From positions 65,836-129,835 of the forward strand of contig CAWATP010000013.1 in assembly GCA_963784905.1 (NCBI GenBank): a DNA stretch of 64,000 bases. The letters run 5' to 3'. The stretch comes from an uncultured Actinomycetota bacterium (GTDB lineage Bacteria > Actinomycetota > Actinomycetes > S36-B12 > UBA5976). Below are positions 18,739 through 29,753 of this stretch, piece after piece. The notes beneath the pieces were generated by a model. The model was not told the DNA's origin and searched no databases. It was given only the letters and a program-made list of their open reading frames with translations. A program made the position numbers and the translations under genes. Every line of letters begins with the position of its first letter. Within the stretch, counting starts at the first letter, position 1.

Positions 18739-20492
18739 GCGCGGCAGGCGTCGAGGATGTGCGCGAGGGCCGCGTCGGCGGGCACATCGCTGCGCTCGCC
18801 CGTCTTACGGTCCTTGACCTCGATGATGCCGTTGGCGAGGTTCTTGCCCACGACCACGATGGTGGGGATGCCGATGAGCTCGGCATCGTTGAACTTCACG
18901 CCCGGCGAGGCCTGGCGGCGATCGTCGAACATCACGCGCACACCGGCCGACTCAAGGTCGGTGGCCAGAGACTCGGCCTTGGCCCACACGTCCTCGTCCT
19001 TGCCTGTAGCAACGATGTGCACATCGGCCGGTGCGATTTCGCGCGGCCAGCACAGGCCCTTTTCGTCGTGGTGTTGTTCAGCAATCGCGGCAACCAGGCG
19101 CGAGACGCCGATGCCATAAGAGCCCATGGTGACAACCTGGCTCTTGCCGTTCTCGTCAAGCACGGTGAGGTCAAGCGCCTTCGCGTACTTGCGACCCAGC
19201 TGGAAGATGTGACCGATCTCAATGCCGCGCGCCTGCGTCAGTTCACCACCGCACTGGCAGCGATCCCCGTCTCGGATTTCGGCGGCTTCGATCGTGCCAT
19301 CCGCCGTGAAGTCGCGAACAGCAACGAGGTCGTAGACGTGCTTTCCGCTGACATCCGAGCCCGTGATCCAACGCGTGCCTTCAACGACGCGGGGATCGAG
19401 CAGGTACTTCACCTTGGCCGGCTTGTCTTCACCCAAGGCACCGGGTCCGATATAGCCCTTGGCTAGCGTGGGACGCGCCACGAAGTCGGACTCGTCAAAG
19501 GCTTCCGGCACAGAAGGATGCAGCACGGCCTCAAGTCGCTTCATATCGACTTCGCGATCGCCCGGCAGGCCAACCGCGAGAGCCCACTTTGTGCCGTCAG
19601 GATCGGTAACGCGGAACACGATGTTCTTCAACGTGTCTGCGGCCGTCCATGCGCGGTCAGCGCGCGGGAAGGCTGCATTCGACAAATCGACGAGGGTGTC
19701 GATGGTGGGGGTATTTGGCGTTTCTTCGACGTGCGCCGCCGGCACATCGTCGTACGCCTGCACGGGCGGCACTGGCGTGATCACTGCTTCGACGTTGGCC
19801 GCGTACCCGCAGGATTGGCACTGCACGAAGGTGTCTTCGCCGTACTCGCTCGTCGAGAGGAATTCCTCTGAAGCAGAGCCGCCCATGGCACCCGACATCG
19901 CAGAAACGATGACATAGTCGAGCTCGAGGCGATCAAAGGTGGAGATGTAGGCGTCGCGATGCTGGTCGTAGGACTTCTGCAAACCTGCGTCGTCGATGTC
20001 GAAGGAGTAGGAGTCCTTCATCACGAATTCGCGACCACGCAGAATGCCCGCGCGCGGACGTGCTTCATCGCGGTACTTGATCTGGATCTGGTAGATGTGC
20101 AGCGGCAGATCCTTATAGGACGAGTACTCGCCCTTGACCATCAGCGTGAACATCTCTTCGTGTGTGGGGCCGAGCAACATGTCGTTGCCGCGGCGATCCT
20201 TGAGGCGGAAGAGGTTGTCGCCGTACTCAGTCCAGCGGCTGGTGCGCTCGTAGGGCTCGCGCGGCAGCAGACCCGGGAAGTGGACTTCCTGGAAACCAGC
20301 GGCGTCCATCTCTTCGCGCACGATGCGCTCGACATTGCGGTACACGATGTAACCCATCGGCAGCCACGAGTACACACCCGGTGCGCATCGACGAACCAGG
20401 CCCGCGCGGGCCAGCAACTTGTCACTCGGCACAACGGCATCGGCCGGATCCTCACGCAGTGTGCGGAGGAACAGCGTGGACATGCGCAGCAT
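18735..20492 (-). CDS. proS: proline--tRNA ligase
   Basis: [47 protein letters not shown] matches bacterial-type ProRS with an editing insertion. The start is set at the internal ATG at 20492. Confidence 0.95.
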   Translation of the reverse strand: MLRMSTLFLRTLREDPADAVVPSDKLLARAGLVRRCAPGVYSWLPMGYIVYRNVERIVREEMDAAGFQEVHFPGLLPREPYERTSRWTEYGDNLFRLKDRRGNDMLLGPTHEEMFTLMVKGEYSSYKDLPLHIYQIQIKYRDEARPRAGILRGREFVMKDSYSFDIDDAGLQKSYDQHRDAYISTFDRLELDYVIVSAMSGAMGGSASEEFLSTSEYGEDTFVQCQSCGYAANVEAVITPVPPVQAYDDVPAAHVEETPNTPTIDTLVDLSNAAFPRADRAWTAADTLKNIVFRVTDPDGTKWALAVGLPGDREVDMKRLEAVLHPSVPEAFDESDFVARPTLAKGYIGPGALGEDKPAKVKYLLDPRVVEGTRWITGSDVSGKHVYDLVAVRDFTADGTIEAAEIRDGDRCQCGGELTQARGIEIGHIFQLGRKYAKALDLTVLDENGKSQVVTMGSYGIGVSRLVAAIAEQHHDEKGLCWPREIAPADVHIVATGKDEDVWAKAESLATDLESAGVRVMFDDRRQASPGVKFNDAELIGIPTIVVVGKNLANGIIEVKDRKTGERSDVPADAALAHILDACRA

Positions 20493-20626
20493 GGCTTCTC
20501 CCTTGGTGGACCAACGCGCCAAGGGTAGTCGGAGTGCTCAGCGGGCTTGCATTCCTGCGGCAGGGGGACCGCCATTCCACTGTCAGGGCTCTGTACTACC
20601 TTTCATGCAACGCCACGGGGGGACAC

Positions 20627-21223
20627 ATGTTCAAACTTCGCTACCTCCGCCACGCATTCCGGTTCCGCATCGGGAGGACGACTTTCGGTCGGCCGCTACC
20701 GACCGGATCGGCAAGTTACGTTCCACTGAGTGAAGTTCGTGGATTCTGGCGACAACGCGCCCTCCTTCGCGAGCTCGAAATTTCGCGACAGGAGGCAGGC
20801 TTTGCGGCGCACTGGCTTGATCGATGGCTGTCACCCAGAGAACCGGTCACGATGATTTGGTTCTTTCAGAAGAACACCCGTCTGGGCCGACGTGTGCGCG
20901 CTGTCGCCATATCTACAGCACAGAGTTCGGCGCTTAGTGCGCGAAGCCGGACCGCCGAGTACGAAGACTCATTCGCGTGGAATGGCCACCAGCTGCTCAA
21001 CGATCGGAACAAGCCGATTCGTGGTGCAGCGCCGAATGTCGTCCATGCTCTCGTCCGAACGCACCGCTTCGTCCAGCGCCCAAGTACCGAGACTCGTGTT
21101 CGTGTACTTGAGACGTATGCGAGTCGGGCTGTGGCAGAGAAGGCGCTTGCGAAGCGACTGCAATCAGACTCGGACAATCTGTTGGCGGTTATCACCTATC
21201 CCGTCGGCGAGATGCTCTTCTAG
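20627..21223 (+). CDS. hypothetical protein (Arg-rich, no signal peptide)
   Basis: The start is taken as the ATG at 20627 (MFKLRYLRHAFRF..). The longer ORF from 20381 would overlap proS. I recognise no family. It is called only on length and on lying in an otherwise empty interval. Confidence 0.4.
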   Translation: MFKLRYLRHAFRFRIGRTTFGRPLPTGSASYVPLSEVRGFWRQRALLRELEISRQEAGFAAHWLDRWLSPREPVTMIWFFQKNTRLGRRVRAVAISTAQSSALSARSRTAEYEDSFAWNGHQLLNDRNKPIRGAAPNVVHALVRTHRFVQRPSTETRVRVLETYASRAVAEKALAKRLQSDSDNLLAVITYPVGEMLF

Positions 21224-21324
21224 GCCTCACCGCGAGGTCGGCATCCACAGTCGAAAACTGGTGGGGTCATTCGGCGCAGCATCGGAGCACGATCCGGAGC
21301 AACAGCCGAAATCGGAGCAATTAC

Positions 21325-21948
21325 GTGTCAATCCTCGCTCGCCCGCTCATGGTCGCTGCAATCGCGGTTGCCGCGCTAAGCACCCCGGGATCACACCTCC
21401 AAGAAATGCCGCGGACGCTCACCGCCGCCATCGAACAAACACGACCTTCAAACGTTGCGGTGACCCCTAATTCTGATGTGGGCGTCCGCTATGTGCGGGC
21501 GAACAGTCGCCGAGAGGCACTCGCCCTACTTTCGCAAGTGGAGTCACAGAAGCAGCCGGGATCGGTCATTGAGGTCTTCGGCAACAGGTCGTTCGCGAAG
21601 TACGGACCATGCACTCTCAAACCACACGCGGTTCACACGCGCAAGTCCGGGCGATGGGGAATCGCCGGCGCAAAACCGGAAACTGAATGCACGGAAACCG
21701 TGTCTCTCATTCGTCACGAGACAACGTTGCGCTACCAGTGGTATATCTGGTGGTTACAGGCTGGCAAGACTCACATCGAGACAGCTACACAAACGCACCA
21801 GTTCCAGTCACTGGCGTTCGAGCACAAATGCCGCGAAAAGGAGATGACGAAATGGACGGGAACGACGCTCGGGATCATCGTCTACCGTGGCTCCAAGTAC
21901 TACGCACGCGTCTTCCACGGAGTGCGTCGGCTCGCTTGCGGCGGTTGA
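21325..21948 (+). CDS. secreted hypothetical protein, four Cys, possible distant paralogue of the 16086 product
   Basis: GTG start after GGAGCA. Signal-like N-terminus MSILARPLMVAAIAVAALSTPGS. Cys spacing C-x25-C-x46-C-x35-C with the last Cys 2 residues from the C-terminus, compared with C-x21-C-x45-C-x39-C in the 16086 product. Confidence 0.55.
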   Translation: MSILARPLMVAAIAVAALSTPGSHLQEMPRTLTAAIEQTRPSNVAVTPNSDVGVRYVRANSRREALALLSQVESQKQPGSVIEVFGNRSFAKYGPCTLKPHAVHTRKSGRWGIAGAKPETECTETVSLIRHETTLRYQWYIWWLQAGKTHIETATQTHQFQSLAFEHKCREKEMTKWTGTTLGIIVYRGSKYYARVFHGVRRLACGG

Positions 21949-22373
21949 AGTTCGCAACTCGACCTCAGCCCGACAACCCCGCGACGCCGACCGTTCTGCT
22001 TGTCTATCGGCGGCTGCTGGGAAGGCCAAACAGCAGCATTCGATTACTTGCAGTGGCCCGCTCTGAGGATGAGATTCGCAGCATCATTGCCCCACTCGGC
22101 TTGTCCGTTGAAACTGGCGAAGTGGAGTGGGAGGAACTCCCGATCGGGGGCCGGTACGAACCATCCGGGGAAGTTTCGCAAGTTGAGCGCATACATGTCG
22201 TTTCCGATGGTGGAATAGACAACGACGGAGTGGAGTACAACCAGGCTCCAATAGGACTTGGCGCTTTCGCAGATCTTCCGTCGGCGGAGGCTTTTGCCGC
22301 GACTACTGCGACGCGCACTTTAGATTCGTGCATACACATTCGATCGGTGCCAGTAGGTGTTGCGCTTTCTTAG
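21945..22373 (+). CDS. hypothetical protein (start uncertain)
   Basis: The frame is open from 21687. The only start not deeply overlapping the previous gene is the TTG at 21945, which forms TTGA with the upstream stop. I recognise no family. Confidence 0.3.
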   Translation: MKFATRPQPDNPATPTVLLVYRRLLGRPNSSIRLLAVARSEDEIRSIIAPLGLSVETGEVEWEELPIGGRYEPSGEVSQVERIHVVSDGGIDNDGVEYNQAPIGLGAFADLPSAEAFAATTATRTLDSCIHIRSVPVGVALS

Positions 22374-22390
22374 CCAATCTGAACTGACGC

Positions 22391-23203
22391 CTAGAAGAAC
22401 ACGGTTCTGAAGGTATCGACGCGTTCGAACCCGACGCGTTCGTAGGTCTTGCGGGCCGCGGTGTTGAAGTCGTTGACGTAGAGCTCGACCGCCGGCGCTA
22501 CTGAGCGCATGGCCTCGATGGCGACAGCCGCCGTGGCCGGCGCTGCGATGCGCTGCCCACGCAGATCGGGTCGCACCCACACACCTTGCACCTGGCAGGC
22601 CGCGCTCGAAATGGCGCCAATCTCTGCTTTGAACACCACGCTGTTGCCGTCACGTCGGATAAACGATCGACCGGACGTGATGTTGTCTTCGATGCGTCGG
22701 CGATATGCGCGTTGCATGCCGTTCGCAATCGGCGAGACACCAACCTCAGCGGTGAACATCTCGACACAGCATGGAAGCACCAACTCAAGTTCGTCTCGCA
22801 TGCTGCGACGCACACGTGGATCGGCCATGATCGCGGGCGGATCCGTCAGCACCATCAGCGGTTGCGCTTCACGCACCAGCCGCGGCGGACCCCATCGTCC
22901 AGCCAACGCTTCCCACAACATCGCGACGTCGGATTGCCGGCCGACGATAGACGCTGCGCGGCGACCTGTTTCGGCGAGGTAATCCGCGAGCACTAGCGCA
23001 GTCGCTGGTTCCAAATCGGAGCTCACGCAATTGCCGGTCACACTGGCGACGACTCGCATCTCCCCTGCGTCGAAGATGCCGACGAGATCACTCAGCACAT
23101 GGCGTTCGAGCAGTGCGGTCAGATAGCAGTGCGAATACGGGCGCTTGCCAACAAGCGTGAGCGCCGCTGCGGCATCCTTGGCGAGGAGCGGACGGACGTG
23201 CAT
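22391..23203 (-). CDS. GNAT family N-acetyltransferase
   Basis: The C-terminal half has the acetyl-CoA binding pattern (..VQGVWVRPDLRGQRIAAPATAAV..NTAARKTYERVGFE). It lies immediately downstream of ispG, as the GNAT gene does in mycobacteria. Confidence 0.75.
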   Translation of the reverse strand: MHVRPLLAKDAAAALTLVGKRPYSHCYLTALLERHVLSDLVGIFDAGEMRVVASVTGNCVSSDLEPATALVLADYLAETGRRAASIVGRQSDVAMLWEALAGRWGPPRLVREAQPLMVLTDPPAIMADPRVRRSMRDELELVLPCCVEMFTAEVGVSPIANGMQRAYRRRIEDNITSGRSFIRRDGNSVVFKAEIGAISSAACQVQGVWVRPDLRGQRIAAPATAAVAIEAMRSVAPAVELYVNDFNTAARKTYERVGFERVDTFRTVFF

Positions 23204-24361
23204 CTAGTGAACGGAGACCTCGGGCTGGCCCTCACCGAGATCCATCGACTCGGCCAACTTCATCGCTTCTTCGATGAGTGTCTGCACGATCATGGATTCG
23301 GGTACCGTCTTAATGACCTCGCCCTTGACGAAGATCTGCCCCTTGCCGTTGCCACTGGCAACGCCGAGATCGGCTTCGCGCGCTTCGCCCGGGCCATTCA
23401 CGACGCAACCCATGACAGCAACGCGCAGCGGAATCTCCATACCCTCGAGCCCAGCAGTCACCTCTTCGGCCAACGTATAGACATCGACCTGCGCGCGGCC
23501 ACAGGCCGGGCAGGACACGATCTCTAGGCCGCGCTTGCGCAGATTGAGTGATTCGAGAATCTGATTGCCGACCTTGACCTCTTCGACGGGCGGCGCAGAC
23601 AGCGAAACTCGGATGGTGTCGCCAATGCCCTTGGACAGCAGCGCGCCAAATGCAACGGCCGACTTGATGGTGCCTTGGAAAGCTGGGCCAGCCTCAGTGA
23701 CGCCAAGGTGCAGCGGGTAATCGCACTGCTGTGACAGCAATTCATACGCGCGCACCATGATCACTGGATCGTTGTGCTTGACCGAAATCTTGATGTCTTG
23801 AAAACCGTGCTCCTCGAATAGCGACGCTTCCCACAGGGCAGATTCAACGAGCGCCTCGGGAGTGGCCTTGCCGTACTTCTCGAGCAGGCGCTTATCGAGT
23901 GAACCGGCGTTGACGCCGATGCGAATCGGGCAGGCAGCTTCGCGTGCGGCCTTGGCGATTTCTTTGACCTTGTCGTCGAACTGCTTGATGTTGCCTGGGT
24001 TCACTCGAACCGCAGCGCAACCGGCATCGATTGCCGCGAAGACGTACTTGGGCTGGAAATGGATGTCGGCAATAACGGGGATAGCCGATTTGCGTGCGAT
24101 CGTGGCCAGCGCGTCGGCGTCGTCTTGGCTCGGCACGGCAACACGAACGATCTGACAGCCAGCTGCCGTAAGTTCGGCGATCTGCTGCAGCGTCGCGTTG
24201 ATATCCGAGGTGAGCGTAATCGTCATGGACTGCACAGAGATGGGTGCATTGCCGCCCACCTCGAGCGGCTTGGTGTGATGACGAAGCACGAGCTTGCGCG
24301 TGAGGCGACGTGGTGCGAGCACCGGAGGCGGGGCCGACGGAATACCAAGCGAAATCGACAT
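23204..24361 (-). CDS. ispG: 4-hydroxy-3-methylbut-2-en-1-yl diphosphate synthase (flavodoxin)
   Basis: ..[48 protein letters not shown] are IspG/GcpE hallmarks. The start is the ATG at 24361, after the rseP stop. Confidence 0.95.
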   Translation of the reverse strand: MSISLGIPSAPPPVLAPRRLTRKLVLRHHTKPLEVGGNAPISVQSMTITLTSDINATLQQIAELTAAGCQIVRVAVPSQDDADALATIARKSAIPVIADIHFQPKYVFAAIDAGCAAVRVNPGNIKQFDDKVKEIAKAAREAACPIRIGVNAGSLDKRLLEKYGKATPEALVESALWEASLFEEHGFQDIKISVKHNDPVIMVRAYELLSQQCDYPLHLGVTEAGPAFQGTIKSAVAFGALLSKGIGDTIRVSLSAPPVEEVKVGNQILESLNLRKRGLEIVSCPACGRAQVDVYTLAEEVTAGLEGMEIPLRVAVMGCVVNGPGEAREADLGVASGNGKGQIFVKGEVIKTVPESMIVQTLIEEAMKLAESMDLGEGQPEVSVH

Positions 24362-24375
24362 GGGCACAGTATCCC

Positions 24376-25683
24376 TCAGCCCAAGGTGATCGGCTTGACG
24401 ATGTCTGCCCAAATGACCAGACCACCGAAGGCGATCAACAGCGTGGACATGGCATACGTGAACGGCAGCAGCCGTGCAGTATCGACGGGTCCGCCCAGGG
24501 TGCGTCGACGCAGACGTCGAACGCCATCACGCACGGCTTCCCAGAGTGCGGCTGCCACGTGGCCGCCGTCCAACGGGAGCAACGGCAACAGGTTGAAGAG
24601 GCAGAGGAAAAGGTTGAGCGAGCCCGCCAGCATCAGCAAGCTCAGGAGTTTGTCGGAGACGCCGGTCGGCGCCGCCGCAATCTCTCCACCGATGCGTGTG
24701 ACACCGACAACGCTGACCGGACCATTCGGGTCACGCTCTCCGTTGGTAATCAGCGTGTTGCCGAGTTCGTACACCTTGACCGGGAACTGCGACATCGCAT
24801 GCAGTGAGCGGGTGGTCATCGACCACATGACACGAGGGATGGTGGAAATCGGCAGGTGCTGCTGCTCCCAGACGCTCGTGACACCGATGATCGCCCGCTG
24901 GAACGTCTCGCCGGTTGCATTGCCGTCTTCGTCAAAGCGATCAAAGGTGAGGAATTGGAAGTTCACGTCGCGGGTGGATTCTGTGCCGTCGCTATTGCGC
25001 ACCGTGATGGTGCCCGCGTGGCCCTGCTTGGCAACGGTCTCCATGACCGTAGTGAGCGAGTACCAATCGGTGATCTTGAGCCCGTTGACGGCGATAAGCG
25101 TCTGACCCTTTTGCAGTCCGGCTTGGCTGGCTGCAGATTGCTCGTCGGCACAGGACTGGGAATTCTTAGCGAGCAGACCGTCGGGGTTCTTGGTGGTGTA
25201 CCAGCATGGTGACACGGTGTCGATGGTGGTACTCGGGCCGGACACACCGATGCCCACAAGTGCGGTTCCGAAGAGCAGGGTTGCGAACAGCAGATTCATC
25301 ATGGGACCGCCGAGCATCACAACAATGCGCTTGTGCAACGGCAGCTCATAGAAGGTTCGTCCGGTGTCACTGGGAAGGACTTCCGACATCGACTCGCTGC
25401 GGGCCTCTTCGACCAACTTGGAGAATCGACCAGTGCCCGCTGCGCGACGAGCCGGCGGATACATACCGATCATGCGGATGAATCCGCCGAGTGGGATGGC
25501 GCGAAGAGCGAACAGGGTTTCACCAAAGCGGCGTGAATACAGGGAAGGCCCGAAACCGATCGCATAATCACTGACGCGGACGCCAAAGCGCTTCGCGGGA
25601 ATCAGGTGCCCGAACTCGTGCAAGGCGATCGACAATGCAATCACCGTGACCACGGCGAGCATGCCAACAATTTGCCAGAGCAC
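24376..25683 (-). CDS. rseP: M50 family site-2 (RIP) metalloprotease with a PDZ domain
   Basis: [14 protein letters not shown] (HExxH) and the distal ..[12 protein letters not shown] motif. The start is set at the GTG at 25683, preceded by AGGAGG that overlaps the dxr stop. Confidence 0.9.
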   Translation of the reverse strand: MLWQIVGMLAVVTVIALSIALHEFGHLIPAKRFGVRVSDYAIGFGPSLYSRRFGETLFALRAIPLGGFIRMIGMYPPARRAAGTGRFSKLVEEARSESMSEVLPSDTGRTFYELPLHKRIVVMLGGPMMNLLFATLLFGTALVGIGVSGPSTTIDTVSPCWYTTKNPDGLLAKNSQSCADEQSAASQAGLQKGQTLIAVNGLKITDWYSLTTVMETVAKQGHAGTITVRNSDGTESTRDVNFQFLTFDRFDEDGNATGETFQRAIIGVTSVWEQQHLPISTIPRVMWSMTTRSLHAMSQFPVKVYELGNTLITNGERDPNGPVSVVGVTRIGGEIAAAPTGVSDKLLSLLMLAGSLNLFLCLFNLLPLLPLDGGHVAAALWEAVRDGVRRLRRRTLGGPVDTARLLPFTYAMSTLLIAFGGLVIWADIVKPITLG

Positions 25684-25691
25684 GAATCCTC

Positions 25692-26870
25692 CTACTGACC
25701 GATACAGATACGCGCGTAGTCGCGCGCCCAAGATTCGGCATCCAGTACATCTTGCACTCCTGCACCGACACTGGGGACAAAAGAGGCCCCCCGTGTGGCA
25801 AAGGTTGCGTCAAGATGTGTAGAGACAACGCGCTGGACCAGCTCAACGATTCCCGTAAATGCCAAGCCGCCGTCATGGAAGGCGTCTACCGCAACCTCAT
25901 TAGCCGCGTTGAACACTGCAGGAGCGGTTCCTCCAGCTTCGCCGACAAGGCGCGCCAAGCGAATCGCCGGAAACGCCGCATCGTCCAATGGCTCAAACGT
26001 CCAGGTCGCCGCAGTGGTCCAATCGCAGGCCGGACCAGCGTCCGGTAGCCGCGCAGGCCAGTGCAGCCCGAGGGCGATGGGATTCAGCATGCTGGGCGGG
26101 GACGCCTGCGCAATGGTGGAGCCGTCAAAGAACTCAACCATCGAGTGCACGATCGATTGCGGGTGCACGACTACGTCGATAGACGAGTACGGCACATCGA
26201 ATAGCAGGTGCGCCTCAATGACCTCGAGGCCTTTGTTCACCAGTGTCGCTGAGTTCGTCGTGACGACGCGACCCATCTTCCACGTGGGATGCGCGAGCGC
26301 TTGTGTCGGCGTGACATCACGCAACTGCTCGGGCATCCAACCACGGAAGGGTCCGCCACTCGCAGTCAAGACCAGCCGCCGAACTTCATGGCGGTTGCCA
26401 CTCCGCAAGCATTGCGCGATGGCCGAGTGCTCTGAATCGACAGGGACGATTTGTCCGGGCATGGCAGCGGATTTCACAAGCGATCCGCCGACCACTAGGG
26501 ACTCTTTGTTGGCGAGAGCCAACACCGAACCAGCACTGATGGCCGCGAGCGTGGGCATGAGTCCCACCGAGCCCGTAATGCCATTGAGGACAACGTCGGC
26601 ACCAGCATTTGCCAACTCGGTTGCGGCCCCGGGTCCGCTCAGCAGCTCGCAATCGAGATCAAACGCTGCAAAGGCGTCGGCTGCCGCGGGATCGGCGATA
26701 GCGACCACCGGCACGCCGAATTCGCGTGTCTGCTCGGCGAGCAATGTCACATTGCCGCCACTAGCCGAGAGTCCCACCACTGTGAAGATGTCGCGATTAC
26801 GTCGGATAATGTCGAGCGCCTGTGTACCAATCGATCCAGTGGATCCGAGGATGACGACGCTGCGGGACAT
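25692..26870 (-). CDS. dxr: 1-deoxy-D-xylulose 5-phosphate reductoisomerase
   Basis: MSRSVVILGSTGSIGTQALDII NADPH-binding N-terminus and ..LANKESLV..DSEHSAI.. motifs. Confidence 0.95.
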   Translation of the reverse strand: MSRSVVILGSTGSIGTQALDIIRRNRDIFTVVGLSASGGNVTLLAEQTREFGVPVVAIADPAAADAFAAFDLDCELLSGPGAATELANAGADVVLNGITGSVGLMPTLAAISAGSVLALANKESLVVGGSLVKSAAMPGQIVPVDSEHSAIAQCLRSGNRHEVRRLVLTASGGPFRGWMPEQLRDVTPTQALAHPTWKMGRVVTTNSATLVNKGLEVIEAHLLFDVPYSSIDVVVHPQSIVHSMVEFFDGSTIAQASPPSMLNPIALGLHWPARLPDAGPACDWTTAATWTFEPLDDAAFPAIRLARLVGEAGGTAPAVFNAANEVAVDAFHDGGLAFTGIVELVQRVVSTHLDATFATRGASFVPSVGAGVQDVLDAESWARDYARICIGQ

Positions 26871-26981
26871 GTCGCAATCGTGCCATGCCCCCGCATTGCG
26901 CGCGTCACGCCGAATATGCCGTTCGTCGCGTGGGTCATGCCGCGCTTGGGAAGCCGCAGAATGCCGTCCTAGCCTCAGTCC

Positions 26982-28325
26982 ATGACAATTCGTGTTGGTG
27001 GGCCGTCACTGCCCCAGAAGCGTGAGCTCGTAACCGCCATTCCCGGCCCCAGGTCCATTGCGTTGATGGCTCGTCGCAAGGCGGCGGTCAGTTCCGGCGT
27101 CGGTGGAACACTGCCGATCTTCGCGGCCGCCGCAGGTGGCGGCGTCATCGTCGACATCGACGGTAACTCCTTCATCGATCTCGGCGCAGGCATTGCTGTC
27201 ACCAATATCGGCAATGCCGCACCACGCGTCGTAGCCGCTGTGCAAGAGCAGGTCGCTGCCTTCACGCACACCTGCTTCATGGTGACGCCGTACGAGTCAT
27301 ACGTCACCGTTTGCGAAGAACTGAATCGCCTCACGCCGGGCGATCATGAGAAGCGCTCAGCACTCTTCAACTCCGGCGCGGAAGCGATCGAGAACGCCGT
27401 CAAGATCGCCCGCTCCTTTACTGGACGCCAGAAGGTTGTGGTGTTCGATCACGCGTACCACGGCCGTACCAGCCTCACCATGGGTTTGACCGCGAAGAAC
27501 ATGCCGTACAAACACAAGTTCGGCCCTTTCCCCTCTGAGATCTACCGCGTTCCCAACTCCTACCCCTACCGCGACGGAGCACTCTCCGGCGCCGACGCAG
27601 CCAAGCTCGCGATCAGCAAGATCGAGAAGGAATGCGGCGGCGACCAGGTAGCGGCAATCTTGATTGAGCCCATCCAGGGCGAAGGCGGATTCATCGTGCC
27701 TGCCGATGGCTTCATGCCGGCCCTGGTCGAGTACGCGAAGGCCAATGGCATCGTGTTCATCGCTGACGAGATCCAGACTGGCTTCTGCCGCACTGGCGCT
27801 TGGTTCGCCTGTGAGCACGAAGGCATCGTCCCCGATCTCATCACCTCCGCTAAGGGCATTGCCGGCGGATTGCCGCTCGCCGCCGTCACAGGCCGTGCCG
27901 ACATCATGGATTCCATCCACACGGGTGGCCTTGGCGGCACCTACGGCGGTAATCCGATCGCTTGTGCTGCGGGAATCGCCTCGATCCTCACCATGGAGGA
28001 AATGGACGCCAACTCCAAGGCCAAGCGCATTGAAGCTGAGATGTGGCCACGGCTTGAGACAGTGTCGGCGAAGCACGGCATCGTGGGCGAGATCCGCGGG
28101 CGTGGTGCCATGATCGCGATCGAAATCGTGAAGTCTGGCACCAACGAACCGGATGCCGAACGCACGACCAAGATCGCCAAGTACTGCCACGAACGCGGTG
28201 TTCTCATTCTGACCGCCGGCACCTACGGCAACGTCATCCGCTTCCTGCCCCCGATGTCCATCCCGGACGACTTGCTGCAAGAGGGCCTCGACATGCTCGA
28301 CGAGGCCATGGGTGCGACGGCCTGA
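26982..28325 (+). CDS. gabT: 4-aminobutyrate--2-oxoglutarate transaminase (class III PLP aminotransferase)
   Basis: 447 aa. ..IPGPRS..DIDGNSFIDLGAGIAVTNIGNAAPRV..FIADEIQTGFCRTG..SAKGIAGGLPL.. is the typical GabT pattern. Confidence 0.88.
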   Translation: MTIRVGGPSLPQKRELVTAIPGPRSIALMARRKAAVSSGVGGTLPIFAAAAGGGVIVDIDGNSFIDLGAGIAVTNIGNAAPRVVAAVQEQVAAFTHTCFMVTPYESYVTVCEELNRLTPGDHEKRSALFNSGAEAIENAVKIARSFTGRQKVVVFDHAYHGRTSLTMGLTAKNMPYKHKFGPFPSEIYRVPNSYPYRDGALSGADAAKLAISKIEKECGGDQVAAILIEPIQGEGGFIVPADGFMPALVEYAKANGIVFIADEIQTGFCRTGAWFACEHEGIVPDLITSAKGIAGGLPLAAVTGRADIMDSIHTGGLGGTYGGNPIACAAGIASILTMEEMDANSKAKRIEAEMWPRLETVSAKHGIVGEIRGRGAMIAIEIVKSGTNEPDAERTTKIAKYCHERGVLILTAGTYGNVIRFLPPMSIPDDLLQEGLDMLDEAMGATA

Positions 28326-28402
28326 GCAGCGACGGGCCGCACACATCGAAACAGCAACCAACCAGACGCCATACGGCGAACCTAAGTAAGCGAGGATTGG
28401 CA

Positions 28403-29743
28403 ATGAGCAAGTACAAAGTAATTGACCCGGCAACCGGCGAACTCGTGCAGTCGTATGCGACCGCCACCGATCAGCAAGTTGGGGACGCGCTTCGGCTTGC
28501 TGACGCGACGCAGAAGGACTGGACGAAGTTGCCGATCGCAGATCGTGCCGCAGTAGTGCGACGTGTCGGCCAGATCCACGCAGAGCGCGCGGCCGAATTG
28601 GGCGCCATCATGGTGCGCGAAATGGGCAAGCCCCTCGCGGAAGCCGTCATGGAGTCGGAGTTCGCCGGAGCCATTTACGAGTATTACGCCGACCACGCGG
28701 AAGCACTGCTCGCCGACAAGCCCATTGAAGTTGTCTGGGGAACCGGCACTGCTGTCATGCGCCCGTCGTCAATCGGTGTCGTACTCGGCATCATGCCGTG
28801 GAACTTCCCCGCCTATCAGGTCGCTCGCTTCGCCGGTCCAAATCTGGTTGCCGGAAATACGGTGCTGCTGAAGCACGCATCACAGTGCCCAGAGTCTTCT
28901 GCGTGGATCGAGGCCGCATTCCATGAGGCCGGAGCTCCGGCTGGTGCCTACGTGAACCTGTATGCGACCTCACAGCAGATCGCGGAGTTGATCGCTGATC
29001 CCGCGCTTCGCGGCGTATCCCTGACCGGCTCAGAGCGCGCAGGCGCTGCCGTCGCGGAGGTTGCCGGTCGTAACCTCAAGAAGTGCGTGCTGGAACTCGG
29101 TGGCTCTGACCCGTTCATTCTGCTTAGCACCGATGATCTCGACGGCGCTGTTGAAGCTGCTGTATCAGCGCGTGCGGACAATGTTGGACAAGCCTGCAAT
29201 GCCGGCAAGCGCATGATCATCATCGCTGATTTGTACGACGCATTCCTCGAGAAGTTCACGGCCAAGATGATGGAACGCGACGCAAGCAGCCCACTGTCCT
29301 CGGAGTCCGCCGCTCAGGAACTCGCCGCTCAGGTGGCACGCGCCGTCAAGGGCGGCGCAACGCTGGTGCAAGCGGGCGAGCCCAGTGGCGCGTTCTTCCC
29401 GCCCGCGGTGCTCACTGGTATGTCGCCGGACAACGAGGCGTTCTACGAAGAGCTCTTCGGCCCAGTCGCCCAGGTGTTCTGCGCAGAAGATGAGGCAGAC
29501 GCCATCCGGATTGCCAACGACACTCCGTTCGGTCTCGGCTCCTACCTCTTCTGCACCGACCCGGAGCAGGTGCAGCGCGTTGCTAGCGCACTCGACACGG
29601 GCATGGTCTACGTGAACGGCGTTGGCATGGATGCGCCAGAACTCCCCTTCGGTGGCACCAAGCGTTCAGGCTTCGGCCGCGAGCTCGGCACGCTCGGCAT
29701 CGAGGAGTTCCTGAACAAGAAGCTCATCCGCATCAACGGCTGA
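28403..29743 (+). CDS. gabD: NAD(P)-dependent succinate-semialdehyde dehydrogenase (ALDH superfamily)
   Basis: MSKYKVIDPATGELV.. N-terminus, ..LELGGSDP.. and ..EELFGPV.. ALDH motifs. It lies directly after gabT. The start ATG at 28403 follows GAGGA. The track's TTG at 28397 is possible but less likely. Confidence 0.8.
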   Translation: MSKYKVIDPATGELVQSYATATDQQVGDALRLADATQKDWTKLPIADRAAVVRRVGQIHAERAAELGAIMVREMGKPLAEAVMESEFAGAIYEYYADHAEALLADKPIEVVWGTGTAVMRPSSIGVVLGIMPWNFPAYQVARFAGPNLVAGNTVLLKHASQCPESSAWIEAAFHEAGAPAGAYVNLYATSQQIAELIADPALRGVSLTGSERAGAAVAEVAGRNLKKCVLELGGSDPFILLSTDDLDGAVEAAVSARADNVGQACNAGKRMIIIADLYDAFLEKFTAKMMERDASSPLSSESAAQELAAQVARAVKGGATLVQAGEPSGAFFPPAVLTGMSPDNEAFYEELFGPVAQVFCAEDEADAIRIANDTPFGLGSYLFCTDPEQVQRVASALDTGMVYVNGVGMDAPELPFGGTKRSGFGRELGTLGIEEFLNKKLIRING

Positions 29744-29753
29744 GCCTGAGCCT

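Noticed and set aside
25795-26985. 396-aa plus-strand ORF
   Set aside because: It is antisense to dxr, which has a clear NADPH-binding motif and full-length homology. The translation is Ser/Ala/Arg-rich with no motifs.
27357-28433. 358-aa minus-strand ORF
   Set aside because: It is antisense to gabT and has no recognisable domains.
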